A stretch of 64,000 bases of DNA from Firmicutes bacterium FC7 (GCA_022760735.1 JAKELU010000002.1:139161-203160); one strand, 5' to 3'; positions 40,289 to 52,105 are shown, counted from the stretch's first letter. The notes: generated by a model not told the origin, from the letters alone. A program made the numbers and translations.

Positions 40289-41152
40289 ATGAGCGGGAAG
40301 ATAATATTAAGTGCTGATAGCACCTGTGATTTAAGTGAGGATTTATTATTAAAATATGATATTAAATTATTTCCTTATACAATAACTCTAGATGACAAAG
40401 TTTATAAGGACAGTATGGATATTACGCCTCCTGATATTTTTAAAGCCTATAGAACAAAAGGAATATTACCTAAGACATCTGCCATAAATACTGCTGAATA
40501 CTACAATTATTTTAAGGAATGGGTAAACGAAGGTTATGAGGTTATACATATTAATTTAGGAAGTTCGTTGACAAGCAGTTATAACAACTGCTGCCTAGCA
40601 GCCACTGAATTAGAAGGGATTTACCCTATAGACTCACAAAATCTATCAACTGGATCAGGCCTTTTAGTATTGAAAGCAGCTGAACTTAGAGAAAAGGGTT
40701 TAACAGCGAAGGAAATAGTAGAACAACTAGAAAACCATAGAAATAATATACATATGAGCTTTATTCTAGATACACTAGATTTTCTTTACGCTGGAGGCAG
40801 ATGTTCTAAACTATCTTCTTTAGGATCAAATCTACTAAAGATAAAACCGGTTATAAATGTAAACAACACTGATGGGTCAATGAGTGTTGGTAATAAATAT
40901 AGAGGCACCATTGATAAGGTTGTAATTAAATACATAAAAGATAAATTATCTGATTATAGCAATATAAATACAGATCATGTTTTTCTTGTACACTCTGGTG
41001 TAGATGAGGAATTATTAGATATTGCAAGGAATTCAATTTTAAATCATACTCCATTTAAAAAGGTCTATACATCTGTTGCAAGTTGTACAATTACTTGTCA
41101 CTGCGGACCAAATACAATAGGATTTTCCTTTGAAACCAATACCGAGGACTAA
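40289..41152 (+). CDS. DegV family fatty-acid-binding protein
   Basis: ...ILSADSTCDLSEDLL... DegV/EDD-domain signature. 287 aa. Confidence 0.8.
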   Translation: MSGKIILSADSTCDLSEDLLLKYDIKLFPYTITLDDKVYKDSMDITPPDIFKAYRTKGILPKTSAINTAEYYNYFKEWVNEGYEVIHINLGSSLTSSYNNCCLAATELEGIYPIDSQNLSTGSGLLVLKAAELREKGLTAKEIVEQLENHRNNIHMSFILDTLDFLYAGGRCSKLSSLGSNLLKIKPVINVNNTDGSMSVGNKYRGTIDKVVIKYIKDKLSDYSNINTDHVFLVHSGVDEELLDIARNSILNHTPFKKVYTSVASCTITCHCGPNTIGFSFETNTED

Positions 41153-41177
41153 TTTCTCGGTATTTTTAAATTTATAC

Positions 41178-41206
41178 TTGACATTTCTAAAATTAATAAT
41201 TATAAT
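41178..41206 (+). promoter_or_regulatory. promoter of rubrerythrin (TTGACA, 17 nt, TATAAT)
   Basis: Consensus hexamers at exact spacing. Confidence 0.55.
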
Positions 41207-41210
41207 AAAT

Positions 41211-41225
41211 TTGTAATCATTACAA
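41211..41225. promoter_or_regulatory. PerR/Fur-type 7-1-7 box TTGTAAT-C-ATTACAA just downstream of the -10
   Basis: Perfect inverted repeat resembling the PerR box TTATAATNATTATAA. Confidence 0.5.
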
Positions 41226-41279
41226 AGTAATATTCATTTAAATAGAATTCAAAAATATTTTATATATGGAGGTATGGAT

Positions 41280-41777
41280 ATGTCAGAAAATAAAACAATT
41301 AAAAATTTACTAGAAGGATTTGCAGGGGAATCACAAGCTAATAGAAAGTACACAATATATGCAAAAAAAGCAGAAGCTGAAGGAAAAGTTAATGCTGCTA
41401 AACTTTTTAGAGCAGCAGCTGAAGCTGAAGCAATCCATGCTCAAAAGCATTTAGAAACAGCAAAGAAAGTTTTATCAACAGCTGAAAACCTACAAGATGC
41501 AGTAAATGGTGAAACATTTGAATTTGAAAAAATGTATCCTGAGTTCTTAAAAGTTGCTGAAGAAGAAGGAAATAAAGAAGCTATTAGATCATTTACATTC
41601 GCTATGGAAGCTGAAAAGGTACACGCAAAATTATATAAAGAAGCATTAGAAGATATCGACAACGAAGAAGAAGTTTTCTATTACTTATGTCCTATTTGTG
41701 GAAATATCGAAAAAGGAACTAGACCTGATAAGTGCAGCATCTGCAATGTTTCAGGAGATAAATTTATTGAATATTAA
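41280..41777 (+). CDS. rbr: rubrerythrin
   Basis: Ferritin-like diiron region (two E..H sites) and a C-terminal rubredoxin-like CPICG...CSIC. The start is set to MSENK because GGAGGT lies 7 nt upstream. Confidence 0.8.
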   Translation: MSENKTIKNLLEGFAGESQANRKYTIYAKKAEAEGKVNAAKLFRAAAEAEAIHAQKHLETAKKVLSTAENLQDAVNGETFEFEKMYPEFLKVAEEEGNKEAIRSFTFAMEAEKVHAKLYKEALEDIDNEEEVFYYLCPICGNIEKGTRPDKCSICNVSGDKFIEY

Positions 41778-41786
41778 TAAATAGGG

Positions 41787-41822
41787 ACTGTCGCACCAAA
41801 GGTTGGTGCGACAGTTTTTTTG
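41787..41822 (+). terminator. intrinsic terminator after rbr
   Basis: 11-bp perfect GC-rich stem ACTGTCGCACC/GGTGCGACAGT, then T7. Confidence 0.75.
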
Positions 41823-41897
41823 TAAAATTTATGTCAAGAATTAGTTTGTTTTCATTTAGATATAATAATGATAAAATAAGATATATTTAATATATGA

Positions 41898-43019
<1,122 letters not shown>

Positions 43020-43030
43020 GAAACATAAAA

Positions 43031-43055
43031 AAGCAAGGATAACCTTGCTTTTTTA
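43031..43055. terminator. bidirectional terminator between mnmA and the histidine kinase
   Basis: AAGCAAGG-ATAA-CCTTGCTT with T-runs on both strands. Confidence 0.6.
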
Positions 43056-44879
43056 TGAATATATATCTGAAAACTCAACGTTTATACGTTCAACGTAATG
43101 ATTAGGCTTATATTTTTCAACTGTATATTGGTTATTTTTTGAGCTATTACTTTCTATTTGTTCAGAAGGCAATTCCACAATAAACTCACTACCCAGTCCT
43201 AATTCGCTGTTAACAGATATAGTTCCACCATGCATTTCCACAAGTCCCTTTACAATAGATAGTCCAATCCCACTACCCTCACGCCTTCTTCTTAAGGATT
43301 TATCTACCTGCTCGTATCTGTTAAATATATTCTTTTGATTTTCTTTAGGTATTCCTATTCCATTATCCTTAACTTTAATAATCACTTTATTATTGCAATC
43401 TATCAAAGAAACCAAGATATTTCCTTCATTATATGAGAATTTAATTGCATTAGAGATAAGGTTTAGAATTACTCTTTCAATCTTATCCGCATCACACGCT
43501 ATTACTTTTTTCTCTACATTTGTATCAAATATGATTTTAATTTTCTTGTTTTTAGCATAGTCAATTACAGAAAAAGTAATATCCTCAACTAGACTTACAA
43601 TATCGCAATTTTGTTTATTTAATTCATACATACGTGCTTCTATTTCATTAATGTCTATAATATTGTTCACTAACCTAATTAATCTAAAACAATTTTGCTT
43701 CATGCTTTTAAAATAAGCACAATAATTAGGTTTTTCTTTACATATATCCTTATCCATTTCTAAAAGCTGTAAGGCACCTAATATTACATTTATTGGTGTT
43801 CTAAGCTCATGTGAAAAATTACAAAAGAACTCAGTTTTCATTCTATCCTGCTCAATTGCTGTATTTAAGAGTTCCTTATTTTTCTGAATATCCTTTTCCA
43901 ATTCGTTAATTCTCTTAAAAGCTGTTTTATCTCTAAATACTGATATCAAAACTGATTTACCATTAAACACACATTTAGTTGTAACTATCTCCATATCCTT
44001 TATATTTCCATCGGAACAGATAAACTGTAATTCAATAAAGTGTGTTGCTTTATCTACACCTAGAGCACTTCTTATGTAATTTCGAAATTTATCTTTTTGC
44101 TTTGTAATAGTAAAATCTATAACAGATTTGCTACTTGGAAGTTCTTCTGCAGTTATACCTGTCATATAATATGCAGCCTTATTACAATAGTATATATTGT
44201 TTTCATCATGAATAAAAACGATATCAGGTAAAAGTTGAATTAGACTTTTATAATTTTCTTCCTTAATTTCCAGCTGCTTGTCCCTTAATTCTAGTTCATA
44301 ATTTTTAATGAGCTTATATTTATTGTCAAGTTTTGTTAAAATATAATCATGATTTTTTAGGATATCAGCTGTTTCATATATGCCTATTTTCTCCGTATCA
44401 TATAAACAAAGGGCTATAATGGATAAATTTTTTATAAATATACTTATATTTCTCTCATATGCTTCAAATGCTCTTAAATAACTTTTATTAAGCCAACCTG
44501 TATCACCAACTGCTCTTATACCTTCAAACCCTTTGTCGAAAGCAGTTTTAACTAATTCTTTCCACTGCTTATCTACCCTCATCTCATTAAATGAATTATC
44601 CTTTAAGTACCAATCTGTATGGGGTATGAGTAACAGTTGCCCTTTTTGAATATACTCATCAAATTCCTTGACCGATTTCCTAAGAATAGATAAATGTTCA
44701 GAATGTCTATTGTCATTTGTATATATGTACACACATAGCTCGTTACTATTTAGACCGGCATGTAAAAAGGGTACAGCAACCTCAAGTATATCGTTTTGAT
44801 CAGAATATAGCTGTGCGATATGCGTACCCCATTTTACATGTCCGATTATGTCTATTCCTGAATCTCTCGGATGCCCCAT
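43053..44879 (-). CDS. cytoplasmic sensor histidine kinase: N-terminal MEDS-like domain, PAS, HisKA, HATPase
   Basis: No TM segments. The H-box is FSHELRTPIN. N, G1 and G2 boxes are present (NAIKFS, DNGIGIP, GSGIGLS). The start is set to MGHPRDSG because AGGGGGAG lies 7 nt upstream. No response regulator gene is adjacent. Confidence 0.75.
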   Translation of the reverse strand: MGHPRDSGIDIIGHVKWGTHIAQLYSDQNDILEVAVPFLHAGLNSNELCVYIYTNDNRHSEHLSILRKSVKEFDEYIQKGQLLLIPHTDWYLKDNSFNEMRVDKQWKELVKTAFDKGFEGIRAVGDTGWLNKSYLRAFEAYERNISIFIKNLSIIALCLYDTEKIGIYETADILKNHDYILTKLDNKYKLIKNYELELRDKQLEIKEENYKSLIQLLPDIVFIHDENNIYYCNKAAYYMTGITAEELPSSKSVIDFTITKQKDKFRNYIRSALGVDKATHFIELQFICSDGNIKDMEIVTTKCVFNGKSVLISVFRDKTAFKRINELEKDIQKNKELLNTAIEQDRMKTEFFCNFSHELRTPINVILGALQLLEMDKDICKEKPNYCAYFKSMKQNCFRLIRLVNNIIDINEIEARMYELNKQNCDIVSLVEDITFSVIDYAKNKKIKIIFDTNVEKKVIACDADKIERVILNLISNAIKFSYNEGNILVSLIDCNNKVIIKVKDNGIGIPKENQKNIFNRYEQVDKSLRRRREGSGIGLSIVKGLVEMHGGTISVNSELGLGSEFIVELPSEQIESNSSKNNQYTVEKYKPNHYVERINVEFSDIYS

Positions 44880-44906
44880 TAAAAAACTCCCCCTTAACAA
44901 AATTCA

Positions 44907-44930
44907 CATATTCATATTCATATTCATATT
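44907..44930. repeat. hexanucleotide microsatellite (CATATT)4 about 30 nt upstream of the histidine kinase start
   Basis: Four perfect tandem units. Confidence 0.6.
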
Positions 44931-45035
44931 AATTTTATATTTTTATAATACGTAAAGTCAACAAATTACTTCCATTTTTTACTATAAAACAAATGTTTTT
45001 TTTCCGACAAATTTCTTTATATTTGTACTATTATG

Positions 45036-45851
45036 TCAGATAAAGGCAACATTATTAAGTATTAATGACAATACTATCAGAGTTAGTACTAAGCATATAG
45101 TCCAAACTATAATTACCTTTTTATGTTTTTTCCAGGTTTGTCTCATAAATTTAATTGGATTTCTATGCTCTACAAACCTATGCAACCATTTCCTCTTCCA
45201 AAAGGCAATTAACATAATAATAATCATTGCTGTAATTACAATTATCACAATATCTAATTTTTCAAGTATTAATCCATGACCTGTAAAACTAAGTATAGCA
45301 TAACCAGGTAAACGGCCTATTAGTGATACAAGTAGCAATGTGCTTATCTTGATCTTAGTCAATCCAGCTATAAAAGTAATAATATCATCAGGAAATGCAG
45401 GCAATAAAAAAATTAAAAAAAATACCAGTACTCCCTTTTCTCTTGTAAGATTATCAAATTTATCTAATGTTTTTCTGCTTATGAAATGTTCAACGAAAGG
45501 TCTTCCAAGCTTTCTAGATAAGGATAGTACTATTGTAAATCCTATAGTAGAGCCTATTAGAGTATATAGTAGACCTAAATATGGTCCAAAGAGAATTCCT
45601 CCTATTAACCCTATAGCCTGACCAGGAATTGGAGCTATCATTACCTGAAGTATTTGAAGCAAGATAAATATAATGGGTCCCCAAGCTCCATATCCTTCAA
45701 TAAACTCTCTAAGCTCCATTGGACTATTCATTTTCGAAATAATTGGCCACCCAAAGTAGACCATACAAGCGATAATTGCAACAAAAATAATGGTTGCTAT
45801 AATAAGTGTAGCTTTATGTCTTGAATTATTAAAATTGAAATTATGATCCAT
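45036..45851 (-). CDS. DedA/TVP38/TMEM64 family membrane protein
   Basis: Characteristic GYGAWGPIIF...PIPGQAIGLIGGILFG... Confidence 0.75.
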   Translation of the reverse strand: MDHNFNFNNSRHKATLIIATIIFVAIIACMVYFGWPIISKMNSPMELREFIEGYGAWGPIIFILLQILQVMIAPIPGQAIGLIGGILFGPYLGLLYTLIGSTIGFTIVLSLSRKLGRPFVEHFISRKTLDKFDNLTREKGVLVFFLIFLLPAFPDDIITFIAGLTKIKISTLLLVSLIGRLPGYAILSFTGHGLILEKLDIVIIVITAMIIIMLIAFWKRKWLHRFVEHRNPIKFMRQTWKKHKKVIIVWTICLVLTLIVLSLILNNVAFI

Positions 45852-45984
45852 CTGGGCTCTCCTTTCTCTATCATATAAGATTTAGATTTCCCAGAAATTT
45901 TGTGATTATGATATAAGATAATTAAAGATATATTGGTGATTTCAACATTTATTCTTATAAAAGTATTTTTTAGTCTTTGTATAA

Positions 45985-46024
45985 AATAAAAAAGCAATTC
46001 TGTTATAAATTCGACAGAATTGCT
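45985..46024 (-). terminator. intrinsic terminator of the MarR-ABC-ABC operon
   Basis: AGCAATTCTGT-N10-ACAGAATTGCT followed by a U-run on the minus strand. Confidence 0.6.
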
Positions 46025-46037
46025 CTAAAATCAAATT

Positions 46038-47870
46038 CTATTCTAACTCTATTGCACCAGTATTTAGTGCAAAATATCTTCCTTTTTGCTTCATTAACTC
46101 ATCGTGGTCACCACGTTCTATGATTTCACCTTGCTCAAGCACCATAATTGCATTAGAGTCTCTTACAGTGGATAATCTATGGGCAATAACAAAAGTTGTT
46201 CTACCTTCCATAAGTTTATCCATACCTTCAGATATGAGTTTTTCTGTTCTTGTATCTACTGATGAAGTAGCCTCGTCTAATATCAATATAACAGGATCTG
46301 CAATTGCAGCCCTTGCTATAGATAACAACTGCCTTTCACCCTGTGAGAGATTATGACCATCAGCTGTTAGTATAGTATCATAACCCTGAGGTAAATTCTT
46401 TATAAAGTAATGGGCATTTGCTAGCTTAGCTGCTTCTTTTACTTCTTCATCACTAGCATCAAGTCTTCCATATCTTATATTGTCAGCTACTGTACCTTCA
46501 AATAAGTGGACATCTTGAAGTACTATACTCATTGTACTCCTTAAATCAAACTTATTAATTCTTCTAATATCTATGCCATCATAAAGAATCGTTCCATCAT
46601 TAATTTCATAAAATCTATTAATCAAATTTGTAATAGTAGTCTTCCCTGCACCAGTTGAACCAACTAAAGCTATCTTTTGACCTGGTTTTGCATAGATATT
46701 TATTTTCTTTAATATCTTCCTTTCAGGAACATAACCAAAGTCCACATCTTTAAAAGTTATATGTCCTTTTACAGGTACATATTCAAACTCTCCATTTTCT
46801 TTTGGAACCTTCCAAGCATGTTGATTCTTTCCATTAAAATCTTTAACAAGGACAACATCACCTTCATCAAGCTCTATTTCTTCGTCTAAGATATTAAAGA
46901 TTCTTTCTGCTCCAGCTAGTGCCGCAAAAAGAGTATTAAGTTGATTTGATACCATGGTAATAGGTCTTGATATAGTCCTTGTATATTGTAGGTAAGCCGC
47001 AATATTACCTACGCTAATTATATTCTTTATAACAAGAAATGCTCCTAACATAGAAACCATAGCATATAGTACAAAAGTTAAATTACCCATTATCGGCATT
47101 AGCATAGTACCATAGGTTGATGCAGAAGTACTTGCTTTTCTTAATTCTTCATTTCTCCTATTAAAGTCTTCAATTGCACGTTCTTCATAATTAAAGACTT
47201 TTACAACCTTTTGACCTGACATCATTTCTTCTATATAACCATTCATATCTGCCAGAGCTGCTTGTTGATTACGGAAATTTTCTGCTGACTTCTGTCCAAT
47301 AAATTTTATAAACAAAAACATAACTGCCAGCATAACTATTACAACAAGAGTTAGTATAGGACTGATTACTATCATCATAATAAATGTTCCGACTACTGTT
47401 ATAAATGAAACTATAATCTGTGAAACGCTCTGCTCTAATGATTGATTTAACATATCAACGTCATTTGTAAAGGTAGACATCAATTCTCCGTGGGAACTTG
47501 TATCAAAAAATGGAATTGGTAGTTTCTCCATGTGAGAAAACATGTCCTCACGAATCTTATGAACTGTCTCCTGTGCAAGGCGAGCCATAAATAAGTTACC
47601 AATATATTGCCCCACTGCAATGAAAATTACCAACAATCCAGTTATCATTAAGTACCTAATAAAGACATTCATGCTGAAATCTCCAACTAAGGTATCTATA
47701 ATAGGACTTAACATTGCATTTGCTAATATCTGTGAAATTGAACCTAATATAATGAATACAATTCCACTAAAGAATAGTGCTTTTTTAAATTTAAAATAGC
47801 TAAATAATCTCAATATAGTCTTTCTAGCATTCTTTGGCCGAAGTCCTCTAGGACCATTTGTTTTTGTCAT
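46038..47870 (-). CDS. ABC transporter fused permease/ATP-binding subunit (multidrug exporter half, YheH/LmrD-like)
   Basis: Six-TM domain plus an NBD with GSTGAGKTT, LSQGERQLLSIARA and ILDEATSSVD. Confidence 0.8.
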   Translation of the reverse strand: MTKTNGPRGLRPKNARKTILRLFSYFKFKKALFFSGIVFIILGSISQILANAMLSPIIDTLVGDFSMNVFIRYLMITGLLVIFIAVGQYIGNLFMARLAQETVHKIREDMFSHMEKLPIPFFDTSSHGELMSTFTNDVDMLNQSLEQSVSQIIVSFITVVGTFIMMIVISPILTLVVIVMLAVMFLFIKFIGQKSAENFRNQQAALADMNGYIEEMMSGQKVVKVFNYEERAIEDFNRRNEELRKASTSASTYGTMLMPIMGNLTFVLYAMVSMLGAFLVIKNIISVGNIAAYLQYTRTISRPITMVSNQLNTLFAALAGAERIFNILDEEIELDEGDVVLVKDFNGKNQHAWKVPKENGEFEYVPVKGHITFKDVDFGYVPERKILKKINIYAKPGQKIALVGSTGAGKTTITNLINRFYEINDGTILYDGIDIRRINKFDLRSTMSIVLQDVHLFEGTVADNIRYGRLDASDEEVKEAAKLANAHYFIKNLPQGYDTILTADGHNLSQGERQLLSIARAAIADPVILILDEATSSVDTRTEKLISEGMDKLMEGRTTFVIAHRLSTVRDSNAIMVLEQGEIIERGDHDELMKQKGRYFALNTGAIELE

Positions 47871-49594
47871 TCTGCAATCACCCCTTTCTGCTGTGATTCA
47901 AATATTTCTCTATAAATTGGTGATTTTTCAATTAATTCTTCGTGATTTCCTATTGATTCTACTTCTCCTTCATGCATAACTATAATTCTATCAGCATGTT
48001 GGATTGATGATATTCTCTGAGCTATTATTATTGTTGTAATATGTCCTAATTCTTCTTTAAATATTTTTTGAATCTTTGCATCAGTTGTCATATCTACTGC
48101 ACTTGTAGAATCATCAAGAACAAGTATCTTAGGTGACTTAATTAGCGCCCTAGCAATTGTCAACCTCTGTTTTTGTCCTCCAGAAAAATTGTCTCCGCCT
48201 TGTTCAACTCTATGATCTAGCCCATCTTCAAACTTGGAAACAAACTCCCATGCTTGTGCATGTTTTAAAGCTCTTATTATCTCTTCATCTGTAGCATTTT
48301 CATTTCCCCATTTCATGTTTTCCCTTATTGTTCCTGAGAATAGTACATTTTTCTGTAATACAAATGCTACTTGATCTCTTAAGGATTTAAGGTCGTATTT
48401 CTTAACATCAACCCCACCAACTTCTACAGTACCTTCTGTTACATCATACAATCTTGGAATCAATTGAACTAACGTAGACTTTGAAGAACCTGTTGAACCA
48501 ATAATTCCAAGCACCTCACCTGAGTTTATATGAAAATTAATATTCTTTAATACTTTCTCTGAACTTGATGGATAGCTAAAGCTTACATTTTTAAAGGTTA
48601 CAGAACCATCTTTAAGTTCACTTATAGGGTTTGATACTTCTTTTATTTCTGATTCTGTGTTCAAAACTTCTAATATTCTATTTAATGATGCAGAACCACG
48701 AAGTAATTGCATAAAGAAGAAAGATATCATCATCAATGACATCATAATTTGAGTAATATAAGTAATAAATGAAATTAATTCTCCTCCACCCATAGTTCCT
48801 GCAACTACCTGCTTACCACCAAACCATAATACAGCCCCAATAGTTGAATAAATTACAACATTAAGAAGAGGCATTAAAAAAACAACTAGAGAAATAGCCT
48901 TTAATGCATTAGCCTTTAAATCATCATTTCTTTCCTTAAATTTTTTCTCTTCATAGCTTTGTCTATTAAAAGACTTAACAACCTTTATGCCTGCTAAATT
49001 TTCTTGTATTATTGCGTTAACTCTATCAACTTTACTCTGTAAGTTAATAAATAAAGGCCTTGCTTTTTTTAAAGTAACAAACATTAGAATAGCAGTAACT
49101 GGAATACTTATAAGAAATATAAATGTTAAGGATGCATTTATATTTACTGCCATTATAAGTGCAAATATCATCATAAATGGAGCTCTAATAGCCATACGCA
49201 AACTCATCATTGTAACCTGACCTAGAGTATTACAGTCATTAGTAAGTCTTGTAATTAGGGACGGTACACTAAATTGATCCAGATTTGCAAATGAAAACTC
49301 CTGCACTTTCTTAAATGTTTCTTTTCTAATTTCAGATGCGAAACCATAACCAGCTCTTGCTCCAGCATGGGCACTTAAAACCCCAAAGAGCATTGCTAGT
49401 AAGGCTGCTCCTATCATTATTAAGCCTGTATTTACAATATAATTTATATCTCTATTTGCAATACCTACATCTACAATCAAAGACATTAAATATGGAATTA
49501 TAATATCTCCAAGCACTTCTAAAATCATCAATATAGGGCTGGAGATAGCATAGATTAAATACTTTTTCATAAACGGTAATACTTTTTTCAACAT
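47867..49594 (-). CDS. ABC transporter fused permease/ATP-binding subunit (partner half, YheI/LmrC-like)
   Basis: TM domain plus an NBD with GSTGSSKST, FSGGQKQRLTIARAL and VLDDSTSAVD. It overlaps the downstream gene by 4 nt. Confidence 0.8.
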   Translation of the reverse strand: MLKKVLPFMKKYLIYAISSPILMILEVLGDIIIPYLMSLIVDVGIANRDINYIVNTGLIMIGAALLAMLFGVLSAHAGARAGYGFASEIRKETFKKVQEFSFANLDQFSVPSLITRLTNDCNTLGQVTMMSLRMAIRAPFMMIFALIMAVNINASLTFIFLISIPVTAILMFVTLKKARPLFINLQSKVDRVNAIIQENLAGIKVVKSFNRQSYEEKKFKERNDDLKANALKAISLVVFLMPLLNVVIYSTIGAVLWFGGKQVVAGTMGGGELISFITYITQIMMSLMMISFFFMQLLRGSASLNRILEVLNTESEIKEVSNPISELKDGSVTFKNVSFSYPSSSEKVLKNINFHINSGEVLGIIGSTGSSKSTLVQLIPRLYDVTEGTVEVGGVDVKKYDLKSLRDQVAFVLQKNVLFSGTIRENMKWGNENATDEEIIRALKHAQAWEFVSKFEDGLDHRVEQGGDNFSGGQKQRLTIARALIKSPKILVLDDSTSAVDMTTDAKIQKIFKEELGHITTIIIAQRISSIQHADRIIVMHEGEVESIGNHEELIEKSPIYREIFESQQKGVIAE

Positions 49595-49621
49595 ATCCCT
49601 CCTATCTACTTAGTTGTTGAA

Positions 49622-50053
49622 CTATTTTTTGCTCATATTAACAAGATTATAATTTAATCTTGTTAATACACTATTAAATTCAACCAATTCATCTTCACCA
49701 AAATTCTCAAACATATTTATGAATTGCGCTGCAACAAAATCCTCATATTCTTTAATTATGGATCTTCCTAAGTCAGTTACTACTAGCCTATTGTACCTGG
49801 AATCTCTTTTCAAGGGGATTTGCTCTACCATCTTTAGGTTTATAAGTTTCTTGATAATAGTGCTAGCTGCCCCTTGAGTAATTCTCATACTTTCAGCTAA
49901 TTCTTTCTGACTTATATTTGGACATTTTTGTATTCTAATTGCAGCATAAATCAAACCTAAATTAAGTCCATACTCGCCTACCTTTTGTTGAAATAACTTA
50001 GTTAATTTTTGATATATTTCCCTAATGTGCATAGCTACTTCTGCTTCAATCAT
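49622..50053 (-). CDS. MarR-family transcriptional regulator
   Basis: 143 aa with a winged-helix region ...LNLGLIYAAIRIQKCPNISQKELAESMRITQGAAS... Confidence 0.75.
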   Translation of the reverse strand: MIEAEVAMHIREIYQKLTKLFQQKVGEYGLNLGLIYAAIRIQKCPNISQKELAESMRITQGAASTIIKKLINLKMVEQIPLKRDSRYNRLVVTDLGRSIIKEYEDFVAAQFINMFENFGEDELVEFNSVLTRLNYNLVNMSKK

Positions 50054-50064
50054 ATATTCCTCCT

Positions 50065-50090
50065 AAAATACTTTACCACTAAAGTATTTT
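50065..50090. promoter_or_regulatory. 11-bp perfect inverted repeat AAAATACTTTA-CCAC-TAAAGTATTTT immediately upstream of the marR SD, a candidate MarR operator
   Basis: Perfect palindrome adjacent to GGAGGAATATATG. Confidence 0.4.
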
Positions 50091-50317
50091 TTAATGCGAT
50101 AAACTATATATTATTACTATAAATTTATATTGTCAAGTTAAATCGAATGTACTTATTTTCCTCTTAAGTCTAAAAAACAACACATAATAAAATGTTATTT
50201 TTGGTATGTATATATAGATATATTCTCAATAATCAAATCTTTTTATGTTTTTAAATCTAAAACTTACTATATAAATACAAATAAAAATTAAAAAGGGAAA
50301 TTACAAATTTAAAAAGG

Positions 50318-50361
50318 CCAATAAAAATTAAATGCCGCTAATCTAGTGATTAGCGGCATTT
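50318..50361 (-). terminator. intrinsic terminator after the dehydrogenase gene
   Basis: 14-bp perfect stem AAATGCCGCTAATC/GATTAGCGGCATTT, then a U-rich run on the minus strand. Confidence 0.7.
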
Positions 50362-50371
50362 AATTTATCCT

Positions 50372-51433
50372 TTATTTCTTTAAGTATAATGAATTTACTT
50401 TGCTCATTGCCTGAATTCTTTCTTCAGCCATTATTTCTGCTGCTTTATAAGTTGGTATATTATCTCTCTTTGATATTTCAAATACTTTCTTACATGCATC
50501 ATAAATAGCTGCTGCCCTATTCATTGCACGTTCTTTATTGTATCCTTTAAGCTCTTCATATACGTTTATAACTCCACCACTATTAATTACAAAGTCAGGA
50601 ACATATAGTATACCTTTTTCTCTTAATATATCTCCATGTCTTTCTTCAGCCAATTGATTGTTAGCTGAACCTGCAACTATCTTACATTTTAGTTCTTCAA
50701 CAGTAAAATCATTTATTATTGCACCCATAGCACATGGAGAGAAAATATCACAGTCAACTTTATATATCTCATCAGGAGCAACTGCTGTTGCACCGAGTTC
50801 CTCTACAGCCTGTTGTAACCTAGCCTTATTTATGTCTGTTACATATAGTTTTGCTCCTGCTTCATGTAATTGTTGACAAACCGAGTATCCTACGGCACCA
50901 AGTCCTTGAACAGCCACTACCTTGCCAGTTAAGTCATCACATCCCCAAACCTCATTTGCAGCTGCTAATATTCCTCTAAATACTCCAAATGCAGTTACTG
51001 GAGATGGGTTTCCACTTTTACCTTCTAGCCCTACTACATAATCAGTTTCAGCATTTATGTAAGACATATCCTGAGTTGTGGTATTCATATCCTCAGCGGT
51101 AATATACCTTCCTCCTAACCCTTCCACATATCTACCAAAGGCTCTGAATAATGCTTCGCTTTTAATCTTACTAGGATCTCCCATGATTACAGCTTTTCCG
51201 CCACCTAGATTTAAGCCTGCTGCTGCATTCTTATATGTCATACCTCTCGCTAGTCTTAAAGCATCAATTATTGCCTCATCTTCAGTTTCATAATTCCATA
51301 TTCTTAGTCCACCAAGTGCTGGACCTAATGTGGTATCATGAATTGCAATAACAGCTTTAAGTCCTGTACTACGATCCTGGCAAAATACCAATTGCTCGTA
51401 ATCATACTTTTCTAGGTAATCAAAAATTTTCAT
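50372..51433 (-). CDS. Glu/Leu/Phe/Val dehydrogenase family enzyme (leucine dehydrogenase-like)
   Basis: The [11 protein letters not shown] catalytic lysine region and an NAD-binding GLGAVG motif. Confidence 0.75.
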   Translation of the reverse strand: MKIFDYLEKYDYEQLVFCQDRSTGLKAVIAIHDTTLGPALGGLRIWNYETEDEAIIDALRLARGMTYKNAAAGLNLGGGKAVIMGDPSKIKSEALFRAFGRYVEGLGGRYITAEDMNTTTQDMSYINAETDYVVGLEGKSGNPSPVTAFGVFRGILAAANEVWGCDDLTGKVVAVQGLGAVGYSVCQQLHEAGAKLYVTDINKARLQQAVEELGATAVAPDEIYKVDCDIFSPCAMGAIINDFTVEELKCKIVAGSANNQLAEERHGDILREKGILYVPDFVINSGGVINVYEELKGYNKERAMNRAAAIYDACKKVFEISKRDNIPTYKAAEIMAEERIQAMSKVNSLYLKK

Positions 51434-51609
51434 TGAAACTCCCCCTTTGTAATAGAATAGAGATGTTTGTCGCTATGTAAACGTTTTCAACATGTGGATA
51501 ATTATTATTTCCTCCTAATATAATTATATACTTTTGAATAAACAATAACAACAAAAATTTAATGAGGCAGGTTAAATACCCACCTCATATTAGCAATGTT
51601 AATTTTTAC

Positions 51610-51864
51610 TTAGCCTGCTTGGTGTTCTAAAGCTAACTTTAAAGCTTGTGCCAATTGATCTGGGCAAGAAGTTGGTCTCCCCCCACAACTTATTCCTGAT
51701 AGCTTTTCTATTGCTTCATTAACTGGCATATTTTCAATTAGTCTACTTAATCCCGTCAAGTTACCATTGCAGCCACCATAAAAAGCAACACCTTTAACTA
51801 CTCCATCCTCAATTTCAAAAACTATATTCTGTGAGCATACTCCACTAGGTGTAAACTGATACAT
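51610..51864 (-). CDS. TSCPD-domain small 4-Cys protein (TIGR03905-like)
   Basis: 84 aa with Cys in ...GVCSQN...GGCNGN...SCGGRPTSCPDQL... Confidence 0.6.
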   Translation of the reverse strand: MYQFTPSGVCSQNIVFEIEDGVVKGVAFYGGCNGNLTGLSRLIENMPVNEAIEKLSGISCGGRPTSCPDQLAQALKLALEHQAG

Positions 51865-52105
51865 TTTGACCTCCCATTATGTAAAATAGATTGAGTACAT
51901 ACCTTTTAATCGTACCAAATTATTAACTAGATTTCAATTATCTCACATAATCTAAATCTTATCTCTGTATGACCATTGTGTGAAATATTATCCTATTAAA
52001 TAAATTAATAAAAGCTTACTTTCGTATAGATTTTATCTATTTAACTTCTATTTCATATTATGATATCTTGTACTTGAATTAATATTATAAGAAAGGAGCG
52101 TTTAA

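Noticed and set aside
44907-44930. (CATATT)4 as a CRISPR or minisatellite array
   Set aside because: Only four 6-bp units with no spacers. It is a simple microsatellite.
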